DNA from: Octopus bimaculoides
Lineage: Eukaryota
Reading direction: 5' to 3'
Length of the DNA stretch: 64,000 nucleotides
Assembly: GCF_001194135.2 (NCBI RefSeq)
Contig: NC_068981.1
Location: 12,603,494 to 12,667,493 of the forward strand
Shown: piece after piece, positions 63,269 through 64,000 of the stretch
Position numbering within the stretch: position 1 is the first letter of the stretch
How the letters are laid out: each line of letters starts with the position of its first letter
Program-made: the position numbers and the translations under genes
Notes under the pieces: model-generated
What the model was told of the DNA's origin: nothing
What the model saw: only the letters and a program-made list of their open reading frames with translations
The model's database searches: none

Positions 63269-63924
63269 ATCTTCTTACACATCAGCCCTACATCAGTAAT
63301 CAAATATTGGAATCATACTTCTCGTTCATTTTACATATCAGCTTTCACTAAAAAAATATATCTATTTTTTTACAATTTACATATAAAAGACAGAAGTACT
63401 CAAAATTATCTAAAAACTAAATCACAAACCGACAACGATTTATTACATTAATTCATACACACATGTATCTATTTATGTTAGAATACTATTTTATATATAT
63501 ATATATTAATTCAAAACTAAATATTTTTAATTTGACTATTAGAATGCAGGGAAGATAACTATTTTTCCGTTTATAGAAACAAAACGAAAGTCAAAATCAA
63601 TTCGATACGGTTAACGAAATAACTATTTAAATATATACATACAACAAAAACAAAGTAATGCAATACAAACGTAATGTTCCACATACTAACAAGGAGCCAA
63701 AGCAGTAAATTAAATAAGATAAATACGCTATGTCTACATATATACCCCATTATTTCTTTACTCACATACATATATTTATCGATACTAATAAAAGAAAACA
63801 AAAAAACGAAACAAAGTCTATACGGACATAGAAAAATAAATTTTATATACAGATGAAAATCAAAATGATACCAATATAAAATAAGTTATTTAATTTCCAT
63901 CCAGCGCTCACGCTTACATATATG

Positions 63925-64000
<76 letters not shown>

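Overview
AT-rich eukaryotic genomic scaffold with nine N-gaps, most flanked by (TA)n or (CA)n. The SINE families, microsatellite load and TE mix fit an octopod cephalopod, probably Octopus (recognition from memory, no search run). There is no long intact host ORF, and no rRNA, tRNA gene or CRISPR array. The window is mostly repeats: two abundant tRNA-like SINE families (about 25 copies), at least 7 fragments of R4/Dong-type RLE retrotransposons, a Tx1/L1 element that keeps its 5' half, RTE and Penelope-like remnants, mariner, Tc1, Merlin and hAT DNA transposons, a Helentron-type HINE, a Helitron-like 3' end and several foldback palindromes. Several short minus-strand segments have strong splice sites, and some join in frame, which hints at a long-intron gene that I cannot identify. 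The best leads are: a Tx1 element joined exactly inside a SINE head (possible SINE/tRNA targeting); a Dong copy with an 18-bp target duplication at a (TAA)n tract; a CA-gaa-TG LTR-LTR junction; a multi-level TE nest at 32.4-35.7 kb; and a cluster of foldback elements at 21-24 kb. I found no clearly new biological system, and the leads are hypotheses.
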